Assembly: GCA_964430905.1 (NCBI GenBank)
Contig: CAYSHZ010000002.1
Span: 1-34,352 of the forward strand
Direction of reading: 5' to 3'
Source of the DNA: an uncultured Thermoanaerobaculia bacterium
Lineage (GTDB): Bacteria > Acidobacteriota > Thermoanaerobaculia > Thermoanaerobaculales > Sulfomarinibacteraceae
Length of the DNA stretch: 34,352 bases
Position 1 is the stretch's first letter. Each line of letters begins with the position of its first letter. Shown here in pieces: positions 10,189-18,792 of this stretch. The notes under the pieces are model-generated. The model searched no databases and was not told the DNA's origin. It worked only from the letters and a program-made list of their open reading frames with translations. The translations under genes were made by a program, and so were the position numbers.

Positions 10189-11058
10189 TCAACCCCCGCC
10201 AAGGGCCCGGGCAGTTACAAAAAGGGTGCCCATGACCACGGAGAGGATGCCGTTGGCGGTGAAAAATGCGGCATTGACCCGGCTGAGATCGTCTGGTGTG
10301 ACCAGGGTGTGCTGCCATCCCAGCATTGCCGCGGCAGCAGCGACAGCAGCCCAGCGAAGGGGACCGCCTCCCGAGATCATGGCGAAGGACGCAAAGCCCA
10401 GCAGCGACAACAGGTGAAAAACACGGGCCAGTGCCAGTGCCCTGTTCGGTCCCAGGGCAACCGGGATCGAGTGGAGTTCGGTGGCCCTGTCGAAGACCTC
10501 ATCCTGAAGAGAGTAGATGATGTCGAAGCCGGCCACCCACATCATGACGGAGAGACCCAGCACGACCGGTGGCCATGCAGGCTGACCAGATACGGCAATC
10601 CAGGCACCAATCGGAGCCAAACCCAGGGCTGCTCCCAGCCAGAGATGGGCCGTCGCAGTGAACCGCTTGGACCAGGAATAGCCCAGAAGCACCGCCAGGG
10701 TCGGAAGTGCCAGCATCAGGCACAGCGGGTTGAGGGCGGCTGCCGCAAGAACAAAAACGGTGGAGCTTCCGATGGTCACAACCCAAACGAATCGGCGGCT
10801 CAGGCGCCCTCCGGGAAGGGACCGGTCGGCCGTCCTGGGATTGAGGCCGTCGATGTGGTGATCGACCAGCCGGTTGAAGGCCATGGCAGCCGTTCTTGCT
10901 GCAACCATGGCGAGGAGGACCAGAAGCCAGACCATCAGTGGTGGCCACCCGTCCGTCGGAGCGCCAACCAGAGCAATCACCGCAAAGGGCAGGGCAAAGA
11001 CCGTGTGCTGGAATTTGATCATCTCGCCGGTTTCGCGGAGGTCGTTGAAGAACCTCAT
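10189..11058 (-). CDS. UbiA-family aromatic prenyltransferase (4-hydroxybenzoate polyprenyltransferase-related / MqnP-like)
   Basis: Multi-TM protein with UbiA motifs (NRLVDHHID, DIIYSLQD). ATG 11058 forms a TGATG stop/start overlap with ubiX. The track start GTG 11070 is an alternative. Confidence 0.8.
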   Translation of the reverse strand: MRFFNDLRETGEMIKFQHTVFALPFAVIALVGAPTDGWPPLMVWLLVLLAMVAARTAAMAFNRLVDHHIDGLNPRTADRSLPGGRLSRRFVWVVTIGSSTVFVLAAAALNPLCLMLALPTLAVLLGYSWSKRFTATAHLWLGAALGLAPIGAWIAVSGQPAWPPVVLGLSVMMWVAGFDIIYSLQDEVFDRATELHSIPVALGPNRALALARVFHLLSLLGFASFAMISGGGPLRWAAVAAAAAMLGWQHTLVTPDDLSRVNAAFFTANGILSVVMGTLFVTARALGGG

Positions 11059-11708
11059 CAGCCCTTCCACCGAAGGTCTTTTCGATCGATGTGAATGTCC
11101 AGTACATCCAGAACCCTGATGCAGTAGTGGTCAAGGAAATCCGTGTACGCCGTCTGGATATCAGGTCTGAGATAGAAGGCGGGCAGGGGCGGCATGATCG
11201 TGGCCCCGGCCCGGGACAGCCGGAGGAGGTTCTCCAGGAGAATCTCCGACATCGGAGTTTCCCGGATGCCCAGGATCAGTGGCCACCGCTGTTTGAGTGC
11301 AACATCCATCGCCCTCTGAAGGAGCCCGCGAGAAATACCGTGGGCGGCAGCGCCCGCAGTGCCGGCGGAGCAGGGCAATACAACCGTACCTACAAGAGGG
11401 TTGGACCCGGAGGCGATCGGCGCCCCAAGATCGTCATCGGACCAGGCCTTGATTGCGGTGGCGCCGTCATGGAATTCCACCAGCCGATCACGGAATGCTG
11501 CGCTGGAGGCCCAGTCCGGGCCCAGTTCTACGGTGAGGACCTGGGTAGCCGGTGAGCTGACGACGAGGTGGAGGGTGTCCAATCGGGCATGTTCCAGGAC
11601 GAGTTTCGCGAGGTGGGTTGCGAGGACCATACCCGAGGCGCCCGAGATCAGCAGGGCCATCTCTCGCTGGGAGGGAGTGTCATCGACAGCAGGAGCCTGG
11701 CGTTTCAT
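11058..11708 (-). CDS. ubiX: UbiX-family flavin prenyltransferase
   Basis: LISGASG...flavoprotein fold, VVLPCSAGT and about 200 aa in length. Coupled to the UbiA-family gene downstream. Confidence 0.85.
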   Translation of the reverse strand: MKRQAPAVDDTPSQREMALLISGASGMVLATHLAKLVLEHARLDTLHLVVSSPATQVLTVELGPDWASSAAFRDRLVEFHDGATAIKAWSDDDLGAPIASGSNPLVGTVVLPCSAGTAGAAAHGISRGLLQRAMDVALKQRWPLILGIRETPMSEILLENLLRLSRAGATIMPPLPAFYLRPDIQTAYTDFLDHYCIRVLDVLDIHIDRKDLRWKG

Positions 11709-11898
11709 CCCGGCATGGTACCGCGGTCGCTTGACTGTGGTGTTTGAAAAATCTCCGGCGTCATAAATTTCTCCATCTCCCTCGGGACTCTTTTCGGTTG
11801 ATCCGCGCAGAATTTTCTGTCGATGTTCAGGGGTCGGTCTTGACCGTCTTGGGGTTATAAGTCTTTTAAATTTAAAGCATTAAAACAGTATTCGATCA

Positions 11899-11915
11899 TT
11901 GGCACGGGCATTGCC
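11899..11915 (+). promoter_or_regulatory. sigma-54 (-24/-12) promoter TTGGCACGGGCATTGCC
   Basis: Matches TGGCACG-N4-TTGC at all conserved positions, with GG (11901-02) and GC (11913-14) separated by 10 nt. It lies 107 nt upstream of the comEA-like ATG. The AT palindrome TTTAAATTTAAA at 11865-11876 is just upstream. Confidence 0.7.
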
Positions 11916-12021
11916 TTTAGAGAGGGCAGAGACGAAAGGAGGCCCGCGAGATGAACACAGGCTAACGGCAGCAGAAACCCATTTCCATCAACCAACAGAA
12001 CTCATTCAACAAGGAGACACA

Positions 12022-12357
12022 ATGAAGAAACTGATTCCGATCATCGTTCTTGTCCTGATGGCCGTCACGACCGTCGCAATCGCCGCCGATTCCGGCCCTG
12101 CCGGAGTTGTCAACGTCAACACCGCCACGGCGGACGAACTCCAGCTTCTGCCTCGAGTCGGTCCGGCGCTGGCGGGACGGATCCTTGATTTCCGAGACGC
12201 CAATGGGCCATTTGAGGGCGTTGAAGAGTTGGTTGCGGTCCGAGGAATCGGCGAGACCTCTCTCGAAAAACTCAAGCCCTTCGTGACCGTCAATGGGAAA
12301 ACGACGTTGACCCAGAAGGTCAATTTGCCTCGGAAGTCTTCTCAAACGACAAGTTGA
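12022..12357 (+). CDS. comEA: ComEA-like helix-hairpin-helix DNA-binding protein (signal/anchor plus HhH domain)
   Basis: VNVNTATADELQLLPRVGPALAGRILDFR...LVAVRGIGETSLEKLKPFVTV is the canonical ComEA HhH pair. RBS AAGGAGA at 12011-12017. The hydrophobic N-terminus is MKKLIPIIVLVLMAV. Confidence 0.85.
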   Translation: MKKLIPIIVLVLMAVTTVAIAADSGPAGVVNVNTATADELQLLPRVGPALAGRILDFRDANGPFEGVEELVAVRGIGETSLEKLKPFVTVNGKTTLTQKVNLPRKSSQTTS

Positions 12358-12413
12358 ACCCAAGACAAGGAGAGTGATTTAACAATTCTACAAACAGCAG
12401 CGTGGACGGAAAT

Positions 12414-12438
12414 GCGGTCCTCCGGGGCCGCGTTTTTT
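12414..12438 (+). terminator. Intrinsic terminator after comEA
   Basis: GCGGTCC-TCCG-GGGCCGC stem-loop followed by G and TTTTTT (12433-12438). Confidence 0.7.
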
Positions 12439-12459
12439 CGCCCCCGGGGGGGATAGAAC

Positions 12460-13056
12460 ATGAAACAGCATGGTCAGACATTGGTGGAAACGGTCATTGT
12501 ATTGGTTTTGATGGGGTTGATTTCAATCATTGCATTGCCGGCTCTGGGGACGGCCCGGCGGAGGGCGGCCCTGGGGAAGGTCACTGAGCAGGTCCGATCC
12601 CAGATGTGGCGGGCCCGCTCGAATGCGATGATGAGCGGGAGAGCGACGGCCCTGGTTTTCGACCGGAATGCGAACGGGGCGTGGCGGTGCACCGTGGTTC
12701 AGGATGGTGATGGCGATGGAGTCCGGCGGAGTGACATTGTCTCCGGTTGCGATTATCAAGTCGGGAAGGTGATGGAGCTTGAATCGAACAGGGCAAGGCT
12801 TGGCTTTGTCCAAGGCTGTGACGTTCCGGACCCGGGTGGCACTGGGGTGTTGGGAGGCGATTTTGAGGATCCGGTCAGGGCCGGGGCAGGGGATATTCTG
12901 ACGTTCGCACCCGGGGGATCAGCGACCTCCGCAACCCTGTATTTTTCGGATGGTCACGAGATGATGCGGGCGATCCGAATCTACGGTGTCACCGGCCGTC
13001 TGAGAGTCCTTCGGTGGCAGGTTGGATGGGATCGGTGGCGACTTACGGGGTTGTAA
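12460..13056 (+). CDS. GspH/FimT-like pseudopilin (type IV pilin-like N-terminus)
   Basis: The N-terminus MKQHG|QTLVETVIVLVLMGLISIIALPAL has a prepilin-like leader, Glu at +5 and a hydrophobic helix. The rest resembles GspH/FimT minor pilins (RSNAMMSGRATALVF...). Confidence 0.65.
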   Translation: MKQHGQTLVETVIVLVLMGLISIIALPALGTARRRAALGKVTEQVRSQMWRARSNAMMSGRATALVFDRNANGAWRCTVVQDGDGDGVRRSDIVSGCDYQVGKVMELESNRARLGFVQGCDVPDPGGTGVLGGDFEDPVRAGAGDILTFAPGGSATSATLYFSDGHEMMRAIRIYGVTGRLRVLRWQVGWDRWRLTGL

Positions 13057-14008
13057 CCCGAACCTCGTCGGTGACTTTTTCGCCTGGCGAGACGATGGTA
13101 TTTCCCAACACTACCGACCGGATGATCCTGGCTCCTGCGCCGATCAGGGCGCCGTGACTGATGATCGATTCGCTGATGACGGCATCGGATTCGATCGTGA
13201 CGTCCATTCCGATCAAGGTCCTGTTGAGGACTAGATTCCGAGGCAGGGTTGCCGAGGGGTGGACGTCATTTCGGTCGCCAAGGAGAGAGACCACAGCCTC
13301 GAGATACTCTGAGGGTGTGCCGACCTCCCGCCAGTGGCCGGACAGTACGACACCGCCGAGACGTGCCCGTGATCCCGCCGGGAGCCAGAGAGCCGGTTTG
13401 ATGCCGGAGGGCGTCGTCTCCAGGGTGTCCAGTGCCTCCCGAGAAATGATCATCACGCCGGGATAGAGCCAAGGCGCCTCTCCGGCCGCAGGCCTTCCAA
13501 GGGGGAGAATCGAGCTGACCAGACCTTTCCGGTCGAGCAGGACTCGGGACCAGCGTTCGGGGTCCAAATGGGGCAGCAGCCCGAGTGTGACCAGATCATT
13601 GGAGGCCGTGTGCCTGGCAAACAACTCGTCTAGATTGAGATTAAGGATTCCGTCGCCATTGACGACCAGAACCGGGCCGTCGGAACCGAGGAGACCGCGG
13701 TCCCGGGCCAAGGCCAAGCCTCCGGCGGTCTCCATCAGCTGTTCTTCCCGGGAAAAGTGAAGACTGAGCCCGGGTGGAGAGGCCTCGATGGCGGCCTCCT
13801 CCATCGTCGGGGCCAACCACCAGCTGTTAAGTACGGCCGTTCGAATTCCCGATGTGGCAACCAGGCGCAGGGCCCGGGACACTACCGGCCCGCCGGGAAC
13901 GGGCAGGGCCGGTTTCGGCAGAAAATCGGACAGTGGTTGCATCCGCCGCCCCCGCCCGGCGGCGAAGATCATGGCAACGGGAGGAATGAGGTCCGGCATT
14001 CGATTCAT
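13043..14008 (-). CDS. sugar-phosphate nucleotidyltransferase with C-terminal left-handed beta-helix
   Basis: N-terminal FAAGRGRRMQPLSDFLPKPALPV (NTP_transferase G-x-G-x-R signature). C-terminal hexapeptide-like repeats (IGMDVTIESDAVISESIISHGALIGAGARII). Confidence 0.8.
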   Translation of the reverse strand: MNRMPDLIPPVAMIFAAGRGRRMQPLSDFLPKPALPVPGGPVVSRALRLVATSGIRTAVLNSWWLAPTMEEAAIEASPPGLSLHFSREEQLMETAGGLALARDRGLLGSDGPVLVVNGDGILNLNLDELFARHTASNDLVTLGLLPHLDPERWSRVLLDRKGLVSSILPLGRPAAGEAPWLYPGVMIISREALDTLETTPSGIKPALWLPAGSRARLGGVVLSGHWREVGTPSEYLEAVVSLLGDRNDVHPSATLPRNLVLNRTLIGMDVTIESDAVISESIISHGALIGAGARIIRSVVLGNTIVSPGEKVTDEVRVTTP

Positions 14009-14161
14009 TATCCACGATTCACGGCACGTTACTGAACACTCGGCGGTTGTTGAAGGCGGGGTGTCGGTGGTTTCGAGGGCGGGATCTATTCAATTGAGCT
14101 TCATCCAATGCCGTTTCAATAAATCGGTTGTGCGTGGTGCGCAATATGCTACAGTATTGGT

Positions 14162-14440
14162 GTGATCAAGACATTCCGGCACAAGGGTCTGCAACGGTAC
14201 TTCGAAACGGGCAGCAAGGCCGGAATCCAAGCCGATCAGGAAGGGAGACTCAGGATGCGCTTGGCTGCGCTGGAAACCGCGACGTGTATCGAGGACATGG
14301 ACCTGCCTGGATTTCGCCTTCATCTGCTCAAGGGGGATCGAAAGGGACTCTGGGCCATCAATGTCAGCAAGAACTGGCGAATTGTTTTCTCCTTTGAAGG
14401 TGGCAACGTGTTCGTCGTGGACTACGAGGATTACCACTGA
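14162..14440 (+). CDS. higB: HigB-type toxin (RelE/ParE superfamily, 'killer protein')
   Basis: 92 aa. IKTFRHKGLQRYF...LHLLKGDRKGLWAINVSKNWRIVFSFEGGNVFVVDYEDYH matches the HigB-like toxin pattern. GTG start. Toxin-first gene order. Confidence 0.85.
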   Translation: MIKTFRHKGLQRYFETGSKAGIQADQEGRLRMRLAALETATCIEDMDLPGFRLHLLKGDRKGLWAINVSKNWRIVFSFEGGNVFVVDYEDYH

Positions 14441-14730
14441 TGAGCATGCATAATCCGCCCCATCCAGGTGTCTTTATCCGTGATGTGTTTTTGGCCCATC
14501 TGGACATCAGCTGCCGAAGTGTGGCATTGAAGCTCGGAGTTTCTCCATCCACCTTTCTTCGGCTGGTTCAAGGCCGGAGTGGGGTCAGCCCCGAAATGGC
14601 ACTTCGTCTGTCAAAGGGACTCGGGCGATCCCCAGAGAGCTGGCTTGCAATGCAGGACAACTACGATCTCTGGAACGCACGGAACACTGTCGATCTCGAC
14701 GGTGTTGAGCCTATTCTGACCTCGGGATAG
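14440..14730 (+). CDS. higA: HigA-type antitoxin (XRE HTH)
   Basis: 96 aa. HPGVFIRDVFL...LALKLGVSPSTFLRLVQGRSGVSPEMALRLSKGLGRSPESWLAMQDNYDLW matches the HigA antidote pattern. TGATG overlap with higB. Confidence 0.85.
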   Translation: MSMHNPPHPGVFIRDVFLAHLDISCRSVALKLGVSPSTFLRLVQGRSGVSPEMALRLSKGLGRSPESWLAMQDNYDLWNARNTVDLDGVEPILTSG

Positions 14731-14762
14731 CTGATCGCCGACAGCTTCTGTACCATGGCCCC

Positions 14763-16673
14763 ATGCGACATGTCGTCTATGGGACTGCCGGCCACATCGA
14801 CCATGGAAAGACCGCACTGGTCAAGGCGCTGACCGGTACCGACTGCGATCGTTTGCCCGAGGAACGGGAACGGGGAATCACGATCGATCTTGGCTTTGCG
14901 GCCTTGACACACTCGGCCGGTGAACTGCATTTCGTCGATGTTCCCGGACACGAACGGCTGGTCCACACGATGATTGCGGGCGCATCGGGCATCGATCTGG
15001 CGCTGCTGGTTGTGGCTGCCGACGAGGGTGTCATGCCGCAAACCCGGGAACACCTCGAGGTCATCCGGCTGATGGGAGTGGTTGGGGGCGCCGTTGCCCT
15101 GACCAAGATTGATCTGGTCGATGAGGAGACTCGGGATTTTGCGGTCGAGGAGGTCCGGGAAATTCTCCAGGGAACGGCTTTCGAGAACGTTCCCATTGTG
15201 CCGGTTTCGGCCCAAACCGGTGAAGGCCTGGATGGGCTCCGGGAGATCTTGATTGAGCAATCCATCAACGCCCGGCCTCATCAGGTCGAGGGACGCCCCT
15301 TTCGAGAGGCCGTGGACAGAGTCTTCAGTCTCGCCGGGGCCGGTACGGTTGTCACCGGCACGTCACTCTGGGGCCGCCTCGAGGTTGGAGAGCCGGTTGT
15401 TCTGATGCCGGAAGGTCGAGAGGCCCGAGTCCGGCGCCTTCACGTTCACGGGGAGGAGCGGTCTCGGGTTGAAGCAGGAGAGAGGGTGGCACTCAATCTG
15501 GCGGGTCTCGGTACGTCCGGGTGTCCGAGGGGAACCCAGATCCTGTCGCCGGGCCCCTGGCACGCGACATCCCTGGTCACCGTCCGTCTTGAATTACTGG
15601 AAGGGGCAACGGGCCCGCTGGACGAGGGTGATGAGGTCGAGGTTCATGCCCTGGCAATGAGGACGCCGGCCCGCATCGATCGGTTGGCCTCTCGACCGCT
15701 CAAACCGGGATCGTCTGTGGTTGCCCAGATCCTCCTCCGCCGGGAGATGATGCTCTTCCCCGGAGACCGGCTGGTGCTGCGGCGTCCGGCCCCGGTCAAT
15801 ACCTTTGCCGGAGGCCAGGTACTCGACACGAGGCTGCGCCTCTTCCGAAGGGCAGGTGCCGCCAAGCTCGAAGGCGTCGGTAGCGTACACAAGGAGGATT
15901 GGCCGACGCTCCTGGGAGGCTGGATCGCCGATGCCGGCCTGGTTGCCCCCTCGCTGGACGATCTTGCAGGTCGGCTGGGTGTGTTGACCGATGCGGCACA
16001 GGCCATTCTGGGCCGTCTGCTTACCGAGAAGAGCATCCGAACCCTTTCTACAACGCCGCCCCGCTTCATTTCGGAAGACTCTCTGGGAAATTTGGCCGAG
16101 CGCGCCAAGGTTGAGTTGAAAAACCGCCTGGCGGGTCAGGATGTATCCTCCGGCATTCCCGCACGGGATTTTCTGGCCTCCCTGGTTCCGCCTCCGGCTC
16201 TGGTTCTGGCACCCCAGCTTCTTGAGGAGTTGCGCCGTCGAGGAGTTGTCGATGTGGTTGAGGGCCGGATCTTGCCCCCCGGACGTTCAAGCCATATGAC
16301 CCAGGAGGGCGCAGCGTTGAGCGGTCAGGTCGAAAACGTCTACAAAAATGCGGGGTTTGAGGCGCCCTCGCCGGGAGCCGTTGCCGAACAACTTGAGGCC
16401 CGCCCAGCAATGGTTGAGGGGATCTGTCGGTTTCTGGTTCAGCAGGGATTACTGGTTCGACTGGACGGAAAGTGGTTCATTCATCGCCAGACGTTGGACG
16501 ACGTTGTCAAGGAAATCGGCCGATGGGAGGTCGAAGATTTTGGGGTGGGAGAATTCAAGAACCAGTTTGGATTGACCAGAAAACTGGCGATTCCCATGCT
16601 GGAGTGGTTGGATTCCAACCGTGTCACCGTCCGAATGGGCAACCGGCGAAAGGTGCTTCGCCGCAGGAAGTAG
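14763..16673 (+). CDS. selB: selenocysteine-specific translation elongation factor SelB
   Basis: G-domain [19 protein letters not shown]-Tu-like domains II/III. Long C-terminal extension consistent with the winged-helix SECIS-binding domains (636 aa). Confidence 0.9.
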   Translation: MRHVVYGTAGHIDHGKTALVKALTGTDCDRLPEERERGITIDLGFAALTHSAGELHFVDVPGHERLVHTMIAGASGIDLALLVVAADEGVMPQTREHLEVIRLMGVVGGAVALTKIDLVDEETRDFAVEEVREILQGTAFENVPIVPVSAQTGEGLDGLREILIEQSINARPHQVEGRPFREAVDRVFSLAGAGTVVTGTSLWGRLEVGEPVVLMPEGREARVRRLHVHGEERSRVEAGERVALNLAGLGTSGCPRGTQILSPGPWHATSLVTVRLELLEGATGPLDEGDEVEVHALAMRTPARIDRLASRPLKPGSSVVAQILLRREMMLFPGDRLVLRRPAPVNTFAGGQVLDTRLRLFRRAGAAKLEGVGSVHKEDWPTLLGGWIADAGLVAPSLDDLAGRLGVLTDAAQAILGRLLTEKSIRTLSTTPPRFISEDSLGNLAERAKVELKNRLAGQDVSSGIPARDFLASLVPPPALVLAPQLLEELRRRGVVDVVEGRILPPGRSSHMTQEGAALSGQVENVYKNAGFEAPSPGAVAEQLEARPAMVEGICRFLVQQGLLVRLDGKWFIHRQTLDDVVKEIGRWEVEDFGVGEFKNQFGLTRKLAIPMLEWLDSNRVTVRMGNRRKVLRRRK

Positions 16674-16681
16674 GGCCTGAT

Positions 16682-17536
16682 TCAGGACGGTGAGAAATGG
16701 CGGTCTGCAAGGACCCTGAAGGAGGCCGCCTGAAGGCTTGAGAGTTTCATTTTGACTCGGGCAGTGTAAACAACCCAGGCATCAACCGGCTGACCGTTGA
16801 GCAACGATGGTTCCATTCGCCATGAAGCGAGGTAGCCGGAAAGCCATCGATGAAGTCCCGAGTCCAAGACGATGGGAACGAACTGATCACAATTTCCCCG
16901 TTCATTGATGTGAACCAGGGCCTGAATCGAAACGACCGGCTCCGAACTCGATGCCCGGACCTTGATTCTCCGGGGATGAGCCAATGACGTCAATTCATCC
17001 CAGGAGGCAGCCGGAAGCTGAAGCAGGTGACCTGCCGGAGGAGGGAGGGCAGCCTGGATAGGTTCGGGCGGGTTTCCGGGGTCCGGAAGGGCCAATTCCT
17101 GGCTGATGACGGTGGCCTCCTTGACGGTGCCCTCGATCCGAATTTCGATGACAGGCCACGACGGTCGTGGACGTTCACCAGTCATCGCTGGATCAAAGCG
17201 GCCTGCGCTCGTTCCCTCAAGGAGGGCCCGTGTCAGGCCGGGGAACGGAACTTCAAGAGGGACCGCACCTCCACAATCGCCTTCGGAATCAATGTAGGCG
17301 GCAATGATGGCCGACCCTGCAACATCGACTTTTCGGGGTGGTGTCGATGCGGTCAAGCGAGGGATCGTATCAACCTGGGTAGCGAAGGGATTGGCCGAGG
17401 CCAGTTCGATCGCCGGTACAGGAAGTGGGATATCGATATTGATTCGTCCCTGCCAGGCCCGGACCGCGCCGGAGTCTGCGGATCCGACCAGCGTGACCAG
17501 GATCACAAGAGACGTCAGAAAAGAACGGATGCCCAT
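16682..17536 (-). CDS. secreted hypothetical protein with two TonB-C-terminal-like segments
   Basis: Signal peptide MGIRSFLTSLVILVTLVGSADS. Two segments resemble the TonB_C pattern (AIIAAYIDSEGDCGG...FDPAMTGERP... and ALVHINERGNCD...MEPSLLNGQPVDAWVVYTARV). Weak, by-eye call. Confidence 0.4.
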   Translation of the reverse strand: MGIRSFLTSLVILVTLVGSADSGAVRAWQGRINIDIPLPVPAIELASANPFATQVDTIPRLTASTPPRKVDVAGSAIIAAYIDSEGDCGGAVPLEVPFPGLTRALLEGTSAGRFDPAMTGERPRPSWPVIEIRIEGTVKEATVISQELALPDPGNPPEPIQAALPPPAGHLLQLPAASWDELTSLAHPRRIKVRASSSEPVVSIQALVHINERGNCDQFVPIVLDSGLHRWLSGYLASWRMEPSLLNGQPVDAWVVYTARVKMKLSSLQAASFRVLADRHFSPS

Positions 17537-17655
17537 ACCGGCATCTTATCACCCCCGCCCGTTGCCGGGGGTCGAAGGCACAATTTCATGGCCGACCGGC
17601 CGACCGTATGCCACGATTGAAATCCTGACACTCACAGGTCGCTATACTCTCAGTC

Positions 17656-18792
17656 GTGTTGAAAATTGCCTGGTTTATCTCACCTCATGGTTTTGGCCAT
17701 GCCGCCCGGGCTTCTGCGATGATGGAAGAACTCTCGACAGGGCGCCCCGACGTCATTTTTGAGCTGTTCACAACGGTTCCGGAATGGTTCTTTGCGGCCT
17801 CGTTGTCGGCCCCCTTCAACTATCACCCGTGGCGGTGTGACGTTGGTCTGGTTCAGCGTTCGGCATTCGAGGAAGATGTCGATGCAACGCTGGTAGCGTT
17901 GGACGAGGTCGACCTCCTGGCGGAAGGGACCATTGCCGAACTGGCCCAACGGCTGGTTCATCTGGGGTGCCAGGCAGTGGTGGCGGACATTGCGCCCCAG
18001 GGGTTGGCGGCAGGTCGGATGGCCGGTGTTCCCTCAATTCTTGTGGAGAACTTCACCTGGGACTGGATCTATCGTGCCTATCAAGATCAATACCCTGCGA
18101 TCAAGCACTGGATCGGGGCGTTCGAGGCCGAGTTTGAGCTCTGCGATCTGCGGATCCAGGCCGAGCCCTGGTGCCAAAGGGTCCATGGTGCCGTTCAGGT
18201 GGGACCCATCAGCCGGAGACCCCGAAGTGGGCGGGATCAGACCAGGGAAAAATTGGGCATTGAAGAAGAAAGCCCATTTTTGCTGGTGTCGATGGGAGGA
18301 ATACCGTGGAGTTTCTCGGGCCTTGAGAGTGCTGCGGAAGCGAATGGTCTGACGATTGTTGTCCCTGGTGGAGGTCCGACCGAGGGGCGGCAAGGATCCC
18401 TGATCGTGCTGCCTCACCATTCTCGGTTCCACCATCCCGACCTGGTCCATGCGGCGGATGGCGTGGTGGCCAAACTGGGCTATTCGACAGTCTCCGAAGT
18501 CTGGTCGGCCGGATGTTCTCTTGGTTGGATTGGACGCCGCACCTTTCCCGAATCGAAGGAAATGGCCAAGTGGGTTCGTCGGAACCTCGCCAACACCCAA
18601 ATCAGTCAGGATGAACTGATCGAGGGCCGTTGGGTCGAACATCTTGATGAGATCATTACCTCGAAGGAAACGCCTCCCCGCCGCGATGGCGGGGCATTCG
18701 CCGCTTCTGAAGCCATTTTGAAGCTCTGCACGGAGATTCCGTTGCCGGATTCAGATGCGCGAAGCGGATCTGTGTGCAAGAAGAGCCCCTGA
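17656..18792 (+). CDS. GT-B fold glycosyltransferase-like protein (GT28/UDP-glycosyltransferase-like)
   Basis: The N-terminal FISPHGFGHAARA motif is typical of an uncharacterised GT1/GT28-like family. C-terminal AADGVVAKLGYSTVSE is a donor-binding-like block. GTG start, no SD. Confidence 0.55.
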   Translation: MLKIAWFISPHGFGHAARASAMMEELSTGRPDVIFELFTTVPEWFFAASLSAPFNYHPWRCDVGLVQRSAFEEDVDATLVALDEVDLLAEGTIAELAQRLVHLGCQAVVADIAPQGLAAGRMAGVPSILVENFTWDWIYRAYQDQYPAIKHWIGAFEAEFELCDLRIQAEPWCQRVHGAVQVGPISRRPRSGRDQTREKLGIEEESPFLLVSMGGIPWSFSGLESAAEANGLTIVVPGGGPTEGRQGSLIVLPHHSRFHHPDLVHAADGVVAKLGYSTVSEVWSAGCSLGWIGRRTFPESKEMAKWVRRNLANTQISQDELIEGRWVEHLDEIITSKETPPRRDGGAFAASEAILKLCTEIPLPDSDARSGSVCKKSP

